Origin: Chrysomallon squamiferum
Lineage: Eukaryota > Animalia > Mollusca
Reading direction: 5' to 3'
Length of the DNA stretch: 64,000 nucleotides
Assembly: GCA_012295275.1 (NCBI GenBank)
Contig: CM022670.1
Span: 41,974,001-42,038,000 of the forward strand
Shown: positions 14,546-27,735 of the stretch, piece after piece
Layout of the letters: the number at the start of each line of letters is the position of its first letter
How positions within the stretch are numbered: position 1 is the first letter of the stretch
Position numbers and translations under genes: made by a program
Notes under the pieces: generated by a model
Told to the model about the DNA's origin: nothing
The model's database searches: none
What the model saw: only the letters and a program-made list of their open reading frames with translations

Positions 14546-15713
14546 CAGCAATAACAACAAAACGAAACAAAAACAAAAACGAAACAACACAAAATGGCGT
14601 GAAAAGGATGTTTTTTTTTTTTTTCAGAGATGCATACAAGAAAAGGAATTGTTTTACCATGTCAGTCTTGATAAAAAAAAAAAAAAAAAAAAACATTCAA
14701 CCAAAAATAACAATTTTATTTGTTTGGTTTTTCATATTTTTCAACAATAACATTTCTGGAAGGAAATCCCACTGTGGTAATTCCTCCTAAATATCTAGAG
14801 CACTGTAGAACATTTATATCCTGTTGATCCCACCTAAATATGAAGAGCACCTCGCTGTGTTTACGCGCTGATACGATCGGCAAATCTCGGCTCGGTTTAG
14901 CAGATTACGAAGCACGACTCGGGAGCTGGTTCCCGCATATCGATCACGAAACCAGATTGTCACCGTCTGCAGGATTAACACACATCACACAGCGCGCGCA
15001 GAGCTCGAGCTAATTCATCCCAATTTCACTTTTTTCTTCTTTCTCTTGTTACTACTGCCTGCACAGCCCTAGGCTCTCAACGACACTGAAACACACGTCG
15101 CGCGGTGTCGTCATCAGGACAACAACTACGACAACGATAACTGATAAAGATGATAAAGAAGATTCTGATAACGCTGATATTGATGATGACAAAGTTAATA
15201 CATAATTTTACGATGATGAAATGACATGATTACAATAAAGCAGTTGCTATTGATGATTATGACGATGTTGATAATTATGATAATGTTGATGATAATAACA
15301 ATGGTAATATTGATGTTGATAATTATATTAATGTTGATGATGACGAAGATGATAATAGTGATGTTGAAAATTATGATAATGATGATAATGTCGAAATTAA
15401 TATTGATGTTGATAATTATTATAATACTGATGATGATGATGATGATACTCTGATCGGAGAGTTTGGTGTTTTGTCAGTTTACTTCCATATTCTGTTTCAA
15501 ATAAAGATCGAGCGAAATATTAAGCTATATTAATTTTAGATAAATTCGTTTTTAATGTGTTTAATTTTCATTTCGTACTCTTTATGGCCGATTTACTACT
15601 TTTTGCTCTGAGCTTTTCTTTTTTCTAAGATCTCTGGTTTGCGAATCTACTCGTGTCTACAACCAAGTTTCTCTTTACCGTTCTTATGTTGTTATATTTT
15701 AAAAATATATGTA

Positions 15714-15987
<274 letters not shown>

Positions 15988-17129
15988 TATGTATATATAG
16001 TTTGATCAGAACAAAATTATGAATCAAATGATTTAAGATTTTACATTGCACGCAAATCAGTCCATATGAAACAAGAAGTTTAAAGTGAAGGGGAAAAGAC
16101 CTGATGCGTGTGTTTTGGCCTAATCTCACAAACACACAATAAGAAGTTTTCTTGGAAAAAGAAAGAGAAAATGTTCACGTTTATTTTTATCAGTCAGCAC
16201 AGAGACGTTCTCTTCACGGAAAAAAGACAAATTTTATTTTTTATTTGCTGTGCAGAGGATGACACTAAATAAACAGACGTAGGAATTTTACTAAAATCAG
16301 GACGAAACAAATTAATTTTTTCGAAGAAACTAGACACTTTGTTTACCAGATAAGGAAAGTTTGTAAAGCAATAAAACAGCTGCTTGTGTCTCCCCACACC
16401 CAACCCTGCTTCCAAAAAAACTGCGTACCTACACTTATTTATAACTTCTAGTTATTACTGTTACTATTATTATTGTTGTTGTTGATGTCATTAGTCTTGT
16501 TATTTTTATTACTGTTATTACTGTTATTAATATCGTTGTTGTAGTTGTTAAACATGTTAAGGACAAGACGACGTCGTGTTAGTTATGACAAGTATTGACA
16601 GGTGTTAGTAAGTGATTACATTTGTTGTTCTCAGTTCCGATTGAACTCGTGTCTTTCCTGGTTCACACAAAACGTCCGGCCGTCCTCTGTCCGTCTGCTA
16701 CTCTCGAGCCGCCTGCACAATCGTCTCAGTAATGAGGCATCAGCTGTTTTCAACGCGGCTTCGTCACTTTAATAAGTTGCTCGTGCCGCCGGTGGTCCTG
16801 TGATTACCCGATAAGAGCGGCAAGCGAGCGACGAGAAGAGTCGATCTTGAGACGTGTTGTCCTTCCCCGAGAGATCGTTACCCCGTCGTCCTTGTGTCGT
16901 GTCTTCTGATTGGCTGACACTCCTTCAGTGCGTCTAGGCGATTGGACGACGCGGAAAGAAGGAGCGCATGCCTGTGGGGCAGAGTCCGCAGGGACATAAG
17001 AGCGTACAACTGGGTGAAAAAAACATGTTGTATTTGAGCAAGGTCAGATAATTATTTTAATACCAGGAAATCTCCAACAAGCTTCTTTCTTGTCTGCTTT
17101 ATTTTTTTTTTTTTTTTTATAATGTTAAG

Positions 17130-17365
17130 ATTTAGTGAATGGATGTTTAAGGACTCCTCGAAAGATTTTTGTTTTTATAAAGCAACAATTATTTGGTACT
17201 TTTATAATGAGATTGTGAGAGAGAAAAGCTGCTGCTCTTACAAGTAAGATACAGGATAGCACATACCGCGTGCTTTGAGTGGCAGGACAAGAAAAGAGTT
17301 CAGTGGTTCACCCGAGTTGAGCTCAGAACTATAGTTCAGTGTGGTTCTTACCAGTTAGTACGAGA
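17130..17365 (-). mobile_element. possible degenerate tRNA-derived SINE remnant
   Basis: Contains CAGGATAGCACATACCGCGTGCTTTGA, which I recall from gastropod SINE-like repeats. The reverse complement of 17300-17365 has weak A-box/B-box-like spacing. Based on memory only. Confidence 0.3.
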
Positions 17366-17685
17366 ACAGTTTTATGTGTTCAGAAGATTGATAAAGAGAA
17401 CGATGTAATTACTATTTTATTTGTGAACTCTGCTGTTTAGTTACGTCTTCAAATTCTTGTTTTACACACACATCCTACAAACACACGTATATATATACAT
17501 ACACACATACATTCGTACGTAGGTAGGTAGTTACATATCGATATACACATGCATGCATATATACATATTACATACGTCCATAATATACGTACATAATATT
17601 CATAAACAGATGCACACAAACAACAGTACATACATATCACGAATGCATAGAATCAAAACATACATTCGTATACATGTATATACTA

Positions 17686-17878
17686 TGTGTGCGTGCGTGT
17701 GTGTGTCTGTGTGTTACTGTGTGTGCGCGTTTGTGTTGCTGTGTGTATGTGTGTGTGTGTCTGTGTGTGTGTTGCTATGTGTGCGTGTGTGTGTGTGTGT
17801 GTGTGTTGCTATGTGTGTGTGTATGTCTGTGTGTGTGTGTCTGTGTGTTGCTGTGTGTGCATGTGTGTGTGTGTGTGT
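17686..17878. repeat. interrupted (GT)n microsatellite
   Basis: Visible; source of the CV/HT ORFs. Confidence 0.95.
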
Positions 17879-18182
17879 GAAAGAGAATGTAGGAAAGACA
17901 CAAAGAAAGGGAAAGATATAGAAAGAGTAAGAGTGAGACAGAGACATAATTCTTTTACGGAGAGTCAGAGAGACAGACAGACAAAGTTAGAAATAAGCAG
18001 TTAAAACCATACATGGATAAACGGAGAGCACAACTCTGCAGTGAGAACACTGACTAGGAGTCGGCAGGAAGTGAACACGCACACCAATTACTCGGGCAAG
18101 AAAAACACTTTGAAAGTTTTAATTTCGTTCTGAGTCTCGACTTCCGGCGGATTTTAAACAATTTTCAAAAGAGCAATCCCAC

Positions 18183-19600
18183 ACTGAGATGTTCAAGAAA
18201 AACTGAGCAGTTCACACATGTGTATTATAGGACGTCCCACACTAGATAGTATAGTTTGTATTATTTTATATTATATTATATTATATTGTAGTATATTACT
18301 GAGATGTTCAAGTGTGAAAACAGTTCAGTTCACACACATGTGTATATAGTATAGTAGTATAGTATAGTATAGTATTATATTATATTATATTATATTATAT
18401 TATATTATATTATATTGTAGTATATTACTGAGATGTTCAAGTGTGCGAAACCAGTTCACTGTGTTACATACACACGTGTATTATAGTATAGTATAGTATT
18501 ATATTATATTATATTATATTATATTATATTATATTATATTATATTATATTATATTATATTATATTATATTATATTATATTATATTATATATATATTTATA
18601 TTATATTATATTATATTATATTATATTATATTATATTGTAATATATTACTGAGATGTTCAAGTGTGTGAAACAGTTCACTGTGTTACATACACACATGTA
18701 TAGTCCATTATATTATATTATATTGTAGTATAGTATTATATTATATTATATTATATTATATTATATTATATTATATTATATTATATTATATTATATTGTA
18801 TTGTAGTATATTACTGAGATGTTCAAGTGTGTGAAAACAGTTCACTGTGTTACATACACACATGTATATTACATTATATTATATTATAGTATAGTATTAT
18901 ATTATATTGTATTGTATTGTATTATATTATATTATATTATATTACTGAGATGTTCATGTGTGAAAACAGTTCATGTGTTACATACACACATATATCCATT
19001 ATATTATATTATAGTATAGTATAGTATTATATATTATATTATATTATATTATATTATATTATATTATATTATATTATATTATATTATATTCATTAAAACA
19101 CCAACAGTTCACTGTGTTATATATTATATTATAGTATAGTATTATATTATATTGTATTGTATTGTATTATTTATATTATATTATATTATATTGTATTGTA
19201 GTATATTACTGAGATGTTCAAGTGTGTGAAAACAGTTCACTGTGTTACATACACACATGTATAGTCCATTATGTTATATTATAGTATAGTATAGTATAGT
19301 ATTATATTATATTATATTATATTATATTATATTATATTATATTATATTATATTATATTATATTATATTATATTATATTATATTATATTGTATTGTAGTAT
19401 ATTACTGAGATGTTCAAGTGTGTGAAAACAGTTCACTGTGTTACATACACACATGTATAGTCCATTATGTTATATTATAGTATAGTATTATATTATATTG
19501 TATTGTATTATATTATATTATATTATATTACTGAGATGTTCAAGTGTTTGAAAACACCAACAGTTCACTGTGTTATATACATACATGTATATTGTATTAT
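18183..19600. repeat. composite tandem repeat: ~55 bp unit TACTGAGATGTTCAAGTGTGTGAAAACAGTTCACTGTGTTACATACACACATGTA separated by variable (TTATA)n tracts
   Basis: About 9 copies of the constant unit with pentanucleotide spacers of varying length. Confidence 0.92.
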
Positions 19601-20392
19601 ATTATATTATATTATAGTATATTACATTATATTATAGAGCATTACATTACCTTATATTGTATTGTATTGTGTTGTTACAAATGTGTGTGTGTGTGTGTGT
19701 GCGTGTTTGTGTGTGTGTGTGTGTATTTAATATTAGGTTTTCTTTTTTATTCACTGAGTCATTAATGTAAAATCTGGCTAACTAGTATTTTTACTTATTT
19801 ACGTATGTTACAGTACAGTGAAGTGCTTTGTTTCACTCGCTGGTACATTTGTTCACCAATTATAGTATATATTTATTTATACAATCATTTCTTTATTTAA
19901 CTGTCGCAGGCTTTTTTTTTTCTTTTGTTATTGTTTTCTTGTCTATTTGATTGTTTCTTTGTTTATTTTGAGAGAGGTAAATTTCATAATAATGTTTGTA
20001 GATATTAAATGTGTGATTTTTTTGTGTTCGTAGATTTGCGTGTCGTATCTGTCTGTCTGGTGGTCTGTACATACAAATAAATTAAGAACAGCAGATTTCT
20101 TTTAAGTTTTATTTTTTGTGTTATACGCTGCTTTCACAACGCTTTCACGTCTTACTTTTTTTATTCTTTTTCTAATTTTGTTTCATTTTCTTTTTGTTTT
20201 GTTTTTTTCTTTTTTTTTCTTTTTTGTTCCAGTTTTTCTTTTTTTTTTTTTTTTTTTTTTTTTTAGATTTATTTGCGGATGACGCTAATCTCTTGTTTAT
20301 GTCCTGCTAAAAGCCTAAATTAGTGTAAAACATTTTTATTGGAATTATCTGCCTTCTTCATCCTCCTCAAAGAGATTTCATCTGGAATTTGT

Positions 20393-20423
<31 letters not shown>

Positions 20424-20653
20424 CTGACAATCTTATACTGTCGTCTTCTAACACACCCATTTTTTCTTTTTGTGATGAAAACATCAGACGAAGAAAACAA
20501 GGTTCTCAAATATCAGAAACAACATTTTGTGTTCTTTTCAGAATGTCTCTACGTCTTTGTCAATGTGTGAAATAATATGTAAGTTCATATGTTAATGTCT
20601 GAATGAATGTATATGTCCGAATTAATATGTATGTATCTCAATGTCTAAAAGAA

Positions 20654-20686
<33 letters not shown>

Positions 20687-21839
20687 TGTTTCCTATCAGC
20701 TTAGACAAAGTTATATATAATAATAATGCTGTGCTTATTTGTAAATGCGTGCTGTATGATATAGGTTTACTACTAATATATCTTTGTTATTACATATGCT
20801 GTAAATTTCAAATTATCACTAGGATTACATCATCAATGTTGTTGACACGTATTACGTCATATGTGTTATAAATAATATAGACATCCCACGCGGTCTGCCT
20901 GTCAGTGTGTAATTATAGCCTCGTATAACTACAGCTGCATCTGGTTTCTCATCTGGAGTATCAGATCCTTTTTGAAGAGTTAATGAACACTTTTTAAAAT
21001 TATTATTAATGTTCATGTGTTATTACTGTTTTTTTTTAATTATTTCATTTTCTCTTTCTTTCACACTCAGTCTCTCTCTCTCTCCATCTCTCTCTCAGAC
21101 ACACACATACACACATACATATACCCATTACCAAATATTTAATTATATATGAATATAACAAATACGTCTACACAAATGACCTTGATAAACATCAACAGAG
21201 ATTTAATTCACGTATTACATAATTTTCTCCGACTGGCCACTTCGCCAAATAATACAGTAAATAAATTTAGTGAAAAACTATTAGTATTTGTTATTTGTCC
21301 TTTTTGTTGTTGTTGTTGTTGTTGTTGTTTGTTGTTGTTTTTTACCACGCTACCCTTTCGTTAACAAACGAACTTTTTGACAGACTAACTTTCTAAGACT
21401 AATCGAGACGGGTGTTTCAAGCAAACTAATCATTACATTGATGTTTTCCGCTCAACGTTCGGCAGTTGTCGGTGGTTTCAAATTAAGCGGAGCCGGGTTC
21501 TGTGTGCTGCATGTGATGAGGACTGCGAGGTGAGCTAGATTCCTGCCGCTAGCAGACAAAACCGAGAGAGATTGGTCCTGTCCATTTCTGTCACAGCTCT
21601 GCGAAACGATAATGGCGAGTGACAACAAAAGATGTTTCCTGTAACAAGTTCTCGACGTCTGCTCATTGGAGACTCATAACTGACATCTGCACTCAGCTTA
21701 TCTCGTCTAGCTGGGACTGTCCTAACGCGTTTTCTCACACGCAGAGTAAATACGATTTACCCCACTCGCTCTCCAATACACCAACTGCCAGAAATCTTCC
21801 TCAAGTCCCACATGAAATTGTCCGCATGACGAAACTGAG

Positions 21840-21853
21840 GTTTCCATGGAAAC
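21840..21853. promoter_or_regulatory. RFX X-box, perfect palindrome GTTTCCATGGAAAC
   Basis: 14-bp X-box consensus within a CpG-rich island in NOL4 intron 1. Confidence 0.55.
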
Positions 21854-22364
21854 AGAGTAACGACTCGCAGCTGTAAACCGCGCACTATTATTCCTGCTGA
21901 CAGCGTGGATGATAACACTGGCGTCAACGACGTCAACGACGTCCGTCAGTCTGCAGATTTATACACACTACCACTACAACGTCTTCAATAATAATTAGAT
22001 ATTTTCTTTCCAACGTTTTATATTCCTCCTTCTGTCTTTACATGTTATGTCTCCATTTTTAATTCTTCTATCAATCTTTGCATTTTATATTTTCATTTTT
22101 TTAATTCCTGTCTTAATCTTTACATTGTATATCTCCATTTTTCAAAAATCCATCAGTCTTTACATTGTATATCTCCATTTTTTATTTCCTCTTTAAGTCA
22201 TTCCATATAATATCTCCATTTTTTTAAATATTCCTCTATGTCTTTATACATTACATTTCAATTTTATATTATTTGTTATTCTTCCAATTATTTTTCATCT
22301 TTTATTTATTAGAATCTATCTCCTCTTTTAATTCACCCATTTCCTGTTTTCTAGAAAACCTTTT

Positions 22365-22396
<32 letters not shown>

Positions 22397-22931
22397 TTTT
22401 TTTTTTACAATATTTTGGAGGTTCTTACACACAATTTGTGTTTTCATTTTTTTTTCTCACAGCACAAATTTTTGTAACATTCCTTCATCTTTCTATAGTT
22501 TGCATTCTCCTTCCGTCTTCTATTTATTTATTTATTTATTTATTTATCTGTTTATTTATATATTCGTTGAAAAAGAAAATTCCGTTAAAACACGTATTAA
22601 TAAATATAGAAATAGAGAACGATATAAAAATATCACGTTTTGTGCAGATAAAAAAACTTTTAGAATACATTTTTTTTAAAAATTTCTTTGTTTTTTAATT
22701 TAAAATAATGAATATTGTTTGAATTCACTTGTTGGAAGTGTGTTTATTTTACAAAACATGATCATGGAATGTTTATTGTTTATTTTTTATGTTACGTGTT
22801 TACTCGCTGAAATCTCTGCACGCAGTGGATTCTTCCACGCACAACACGAGAATGTTTCTTGTATCAAACACGACGACTACGCTAATTAACTTAAAGCCAT
22901 GGGATTCGATAGGCGTACGTTTCTGATTTTC

Positions 22932-22945
22932 GTTACCATAGTAAC
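22932..22945. promoter_or_regulatory. RFX X-box GTTACCATAGTAAC
   Basis: Matches the GTNRCC-AT-RGYAAC consensus; ~1.3 kb into NOL4 intron 1. Confidence 0.55.
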
Positions 22946-23844
22946 TCCAGCTGTGTACGTTTTCATATAATCATTAACGGTGTGCATACGTCTGATGGCC
23001 GCACCTGTTTGAGAAAAGCAGCGACTTTGTAACTGTGAACAAAACACACCTGTCCTCCAAACTGATTTTTACTCATGTTGCTTTAATCACAGAAATAATT
23101 ATTAGTGGAATGCAAAATACTACGAGCCACAAGGTAGCTTGATTTTACCTGTTTTACTAGCTTAGGGAAACACATTCTTATAGTCATATGTACCTTTCTA
23201 TAGTCTTTATACACTCATATATAATTATATTAAACACACACAGAGAGAGACAATGAATATTTAAACAAACACAAATACAAACATACACGCAGATACATAC
23301 AATCACATACAAAAAAAAAAAAACAGAACAGAAAATCTTTGTAAATAACTATTTATAAAATCTAAATTTCACAGAATCCTATGTATGAGAATTTAGTTTT
23401 AGAATGTTTTGGAAATAAAGGTGCGCGTCGTGGTACTCTGTTACAGGGACAGATCGATAGAACGGGTCACACAGCAGAGCGCGGGCTGAGGGGGGAAATT
23501 AGGAAGAAGACTATCTCGTGGTGAAGTTGTCGGACGGCGGGTTCCACTGAGAAATCGATACACGTCTTCGTGTCGTCCTCCCTGGCAGATAATGGAATGG
23601 GACTTTTAAACATGGAGCCCGTCCCGCGAGGGTTGCCACCACGTTACGACTCTCACAGACGAAATTTCCTCCATTGAAAAATCCGTCTGAATTCGTCTGA
23701 TGTTCGACGGTTTGGCGTAGCGCGGGAATGTGACACAAATAAATAATTTTCCAGGTTTGTTTTCGCTCAACAGAATGACGTGGTACGAGTTCAGATGTAT
23801 TTTGTATTTTGTCATTTTCTGCATATGGATTCATGGGTAGATGC

Positions 23845-23882
<38 letters not shown>

Positions 23883-23966
23883 ACATACCCGTAACAGGAT
23901 GCACAACGTACTATATATTTGTGTCTGTGCGTACGTGCGTGCATATATGATATAGTTATAATAGCG

Positions 23967-24031
<65 letters not shown>

Positions 24032-24152
24032 AAATAAAAAATAAAACCTCCTCACATCAGCGAATTTCGACGTTTCTGGAAAACCGATATTTTAAGTTTA
24101 AATAGGTCACGTTACATTACTGAAGTAATCATTTATTTTTATTATAATATTT

Positions 24153-24189
<37 letters not shown>

Positions 24190-24253
24190 GTAAAAGTAAG
24201 AGAATGGCAGCAAATCAATACGTGTACAGGTAAGTATAAAACACCAGACTCAC

Positions 24254-24559
24254 CTGAAATCTCACAGGTACGAACAGAGTTTTCTCGTAATTAATCCCAT
24301 CATCACCGTCACATCCCAGTCGAAATCCCTTCGCTTTCACCCAGAATCTAAACTTTGAATTCTCCGCACTCGACGGCTCTTCTCCTGTCAAAATTTTCAC
24401 AATTCTTTTGTACTTTTTCCTCGTAACCGTCTTTGTTTTCCCACTGTCGCCGTAGTTGTGAAGCGCCCATTTACGGAATGTTTCGTACATGTCCTCCTTA
24501 GGGGCCACGTCTTCGCCGAGAGTTTCCGACACCGACATGTCTTCTGTAGCAGACGACAT
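24254..24559 (-). CDS. NOL4: NOL4/NOL4L-family protein, coding exon 1 (102 codons from the first in-frame ATG)
   Basis: ATG at 24559 and donor CAG|gtgagt at 24254/24253. DMYETFRKWALHNYGDSGKTKTVTRKKYKRIV...ENSKFRFWVKAKGFRLG matches the NOL4 N-terminus (YGDSGKTKTVTRKKY..., KFKFWVKSKGFQLG). The exact start is uncertain. Confidence 0.93.
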
Positions 24560-24975
24560 CCAGCGAATTGGCGCGGTCTCACTTCTGGACGCTGCGACTA
24601 CGGACGTGTTCTCGTTGTTTTCCTCACTAATGTAAATCTCCGCAGATTGTCCTGTTAGCGACCACAGCTCCGGATATGTCACCAACACAACGACAGCAAT
24701 TTTCAACTGTTTGACAACGCGGCTGGAGTTGAAAACTGACGCGCACTTCGATCTCACAAGGAGCGGGTCCCGTTTGGGAATGTGCTCGACAGCGTCATCG
24801 TCTGTCTCTACGTATCGACCCACGTCGTCACAGTGTCTGAGAAAACTCTGTCTCGCTGTCCCACTTGTCTCTCTCTGCCCGCGTTAATAGGACAGCGCGC
24901 GGTCTAGGACCGCTAATGGGCGTGTCCTGCGAACGCGCGTATCTCCCGCGAAGCGAGGACAGGGCACAATTCCAT
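24560..24975 (-). promoter_or_regulatory. CpG-rich 5' leader / candidate promoter of the NOL4-like gene
   Basis: Dense CpG and CGCG directly upstream of the ATG, bounded by AT-rich microsatellites. TSS not determinable. Confidence 0.45.
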
Positions 24976-25802
24976 TGATTTTTTTTTTGTTGTTGTTGTT
25001 GTCTTCTTATTATAGTTTTCATTTCGTTTTCGTGCTGGTAAAGATTTCTGAGTCGGGGATAAATGAAACTGGGACAAATAAGGATGATATTTAAAATAAT
25101 CACAAAAAAAAAAAAAAAAAAAATGGAAGAAAAATAAGACTGATAAAACAACTAAAATCTAAATGTACATAATTCAGGTACAAAATAATAACAACAACAG
25201 TAATAACAATAACAACAACAAACAACAGCAATAATAATAATAACAATACTACTACTAATAATAATAATAACAATAACAGTAATAATAATAAGAAGGAGAA
25301 GAAGAAGACGAATAAGAATACAAATAATGATAAATAAATAAATATATAAAATTTAATAATTTTAAAATGTCCGATATCTGTTTCTTCTGAACTGTTGATA
25401 ACTGTAATTTTTTTCTATAACTTATATTTTTTATAAATTGCTCTTTATTCGATTACGTCATAATTTAGAATTTTTTTTTACCGTTCAGCCAATATATTTA
25501 AATGATATAATGTATACGAAATTTGTCTAACGTTCAGTTATTATATTTATACGTAATACAACGTACATGAATGTTTTCTAATGTTCACTGAAAATATATT
25601 TATATGTGATATACGTGTATACTTTGAGATGATAAAGTGTTTGAATATTTTTAAAGTAAGTATTATGTGTGATAAAAGTTATTTAATCTCGGTGTACATC
25701 TTGTTTCGTACAATAAATATGTTTGTATGATGACATAATGTGCAAAGTATAAGCTGTAACGTACATTCGATGTCTTTATGTGATTGTGAATCATGCAGTG
25801 CA

Positions 25803-26617
25803 TATTTTGTAACGTGTAACGTGTACGTGATGATATAACGTATAGTGTATATATGATGATATAATGTATCTTGTATATTTTGTAACGTGTAACGTGTACG
25901 TGATGATATAACGTATAGTGTATATATGATGATATAATGTATCTTGTATATTTTGTAACGTGTAACGTGTACGTGATGATATAACGTATAGTGTATATAT
26001 GATGATAAATGTATCTTGTATATTTTGTAACGTGTAACGTGTACGTGATGATATAACGTATAGTGTATATATGATGATATAATGTATCTTGTATATTTTG
26101 TAACGTGTAACGTGTACGTGATGATATAACGTATAGTGTATACATGATGATATAACGTACATATTTTGTAACGTACACTGTACTTGACGACATAATGTAC
26201 ATAGTTTCAAACGTACACAATGTAACTGATGATATAACGTACAATAAATGTGCAAAAGATTATATAATGTCTATATTTTGGAACGTGCACTGTACATGAT
26301 AAAATAGCGTATACTGTGTAACGGACAGTATGTAACGTATATATTTTGTAATGTACAATGTATATGTGATGATATAACGTACAATGTATATGTGATGATA
26401 TAACGTACACTGTGTATGTGATGATATAACGTACACTGTGTATGTGATGATATAATGTACAATCTATATGTGATGATATAATGTACAATGTATATGTGAT
26501 GATATAATGTACAATGTGTATGTGATGATATAATGTACAATGTGTATGTGATGATATAATGTACAATGTGTATGTGATGATATAAAGTACAATGTGTATG
26601 TGATGATATAAAGTACA
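25803..26617. repeat. 73 bp minisatellite (25803-~26200) grading into a related 26 bp minisatellite (TGTGATGATATAATGTACAATGTGTA)
   Basis: Visible periodicity; source of the H/Y/T-rich minus-strand ORFs at 25663-26646. Confidence 0.92.
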
Positions 26618-26879
26618 TAAATTATCCCCAATGTTCCTCCTTCCACCTACGCATTACCTTACCAGTCAGGTTTCCTGTCCGCACATTAGTTCAATGTGCA
26701 GGTACTGAAGTCTTGTCCGGTTCACCTTTCTGTCGTTAAAACTCGCTTGTACCTGGATAGCGGCCTTGCCAGTGACTGCATGTTGCCGTCAAAGCACTTC
26801 CGCCAGACTTTCACTTCAACTAATGGTTATTATTCATTTCGTTTGGAAAGACAGGTCATCAGCCGCTAAATGATACACA

Positions 26880-27310
26880 AAATTAACATTAATACTAATA
26901 TTAATTATTTTACAAATATTAACATTCTTATTAATACTAATTAATACAAAAATATTAACATTCTTATTAATACTAATTAATACAAAAATATTAACATTTT
27001 TATTAATACTAATTTATACAAGAATATTGATATTATTACTACTAATTAATTCAGAAATATTAATATTATTATTAATAAACGAATATTAACATTGTTATTA
27101 TTCCTAATTAACTGACTAGTGTTAACATTTTTATTACTAATTAATACTGTAACATTAATCTTGTTAATGTACGAATATAAATATTGTTATGAATACTAAT
27201 TACTCGACATAATATAGTTATTACTAATTTGTACACAATATTAATACTGTTATTAGAACAAATTAATACACACATAACAACCCTGCTATTATTACTAATT
27301 AATATTAATC
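26880..27310. repeat. degenerate ~35 bp AT-rich tandem repeat (AATATTAACATTCTTATTAATACTAATTAATAC)
   Basis: Recurring TATTAAC...TACTAATT units. Confidence 0.75.
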
Positions 27311-27702
27311 TTACTATTTGAATTAAAACTAAATAGATAAATACATACATACATATATATATAGACAGCCTATGTATCGACTAATTATATTATGTATATA
27401 CTGAGATATATATATATATACGTATTCTAACTTACCTGTTCTGCTGATAAAACTGATATTATATTTGTTAGTGTCGTTGCTGTTAAAGTGAGTTGTTGAA
27501 AACTAAACATCACTGTTTCTGTCTAAACTTGTGTGTTGCATTGCATGCTGACTCGTGTTACCTGCACACACATACACACCTGTACAGACAGACACACCTA
27601 CAGACACACACACTCACATACATACAGTATAGGACTAACATAGTACGATAAAGTGTTTCCTCTACAGATCAAAATAATAATAACAACAACAACAACAACA
27701 AC

Positions 27703-27735
<33 letters not shown>

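Noticed and set aside
18183-19600. CRISPR-like repeat/spacer appearance
   Set aside because: Spacers are (TTATA)n microsatellite rather than unique sequence; eukaryotic intron; no cas genes.
25663-26646. His/Tyr-rich repetitive ORFs
   Set aside because: Translations of 73 and 26 bp minisatellites, open in several frames, with periods not divisible by 3.
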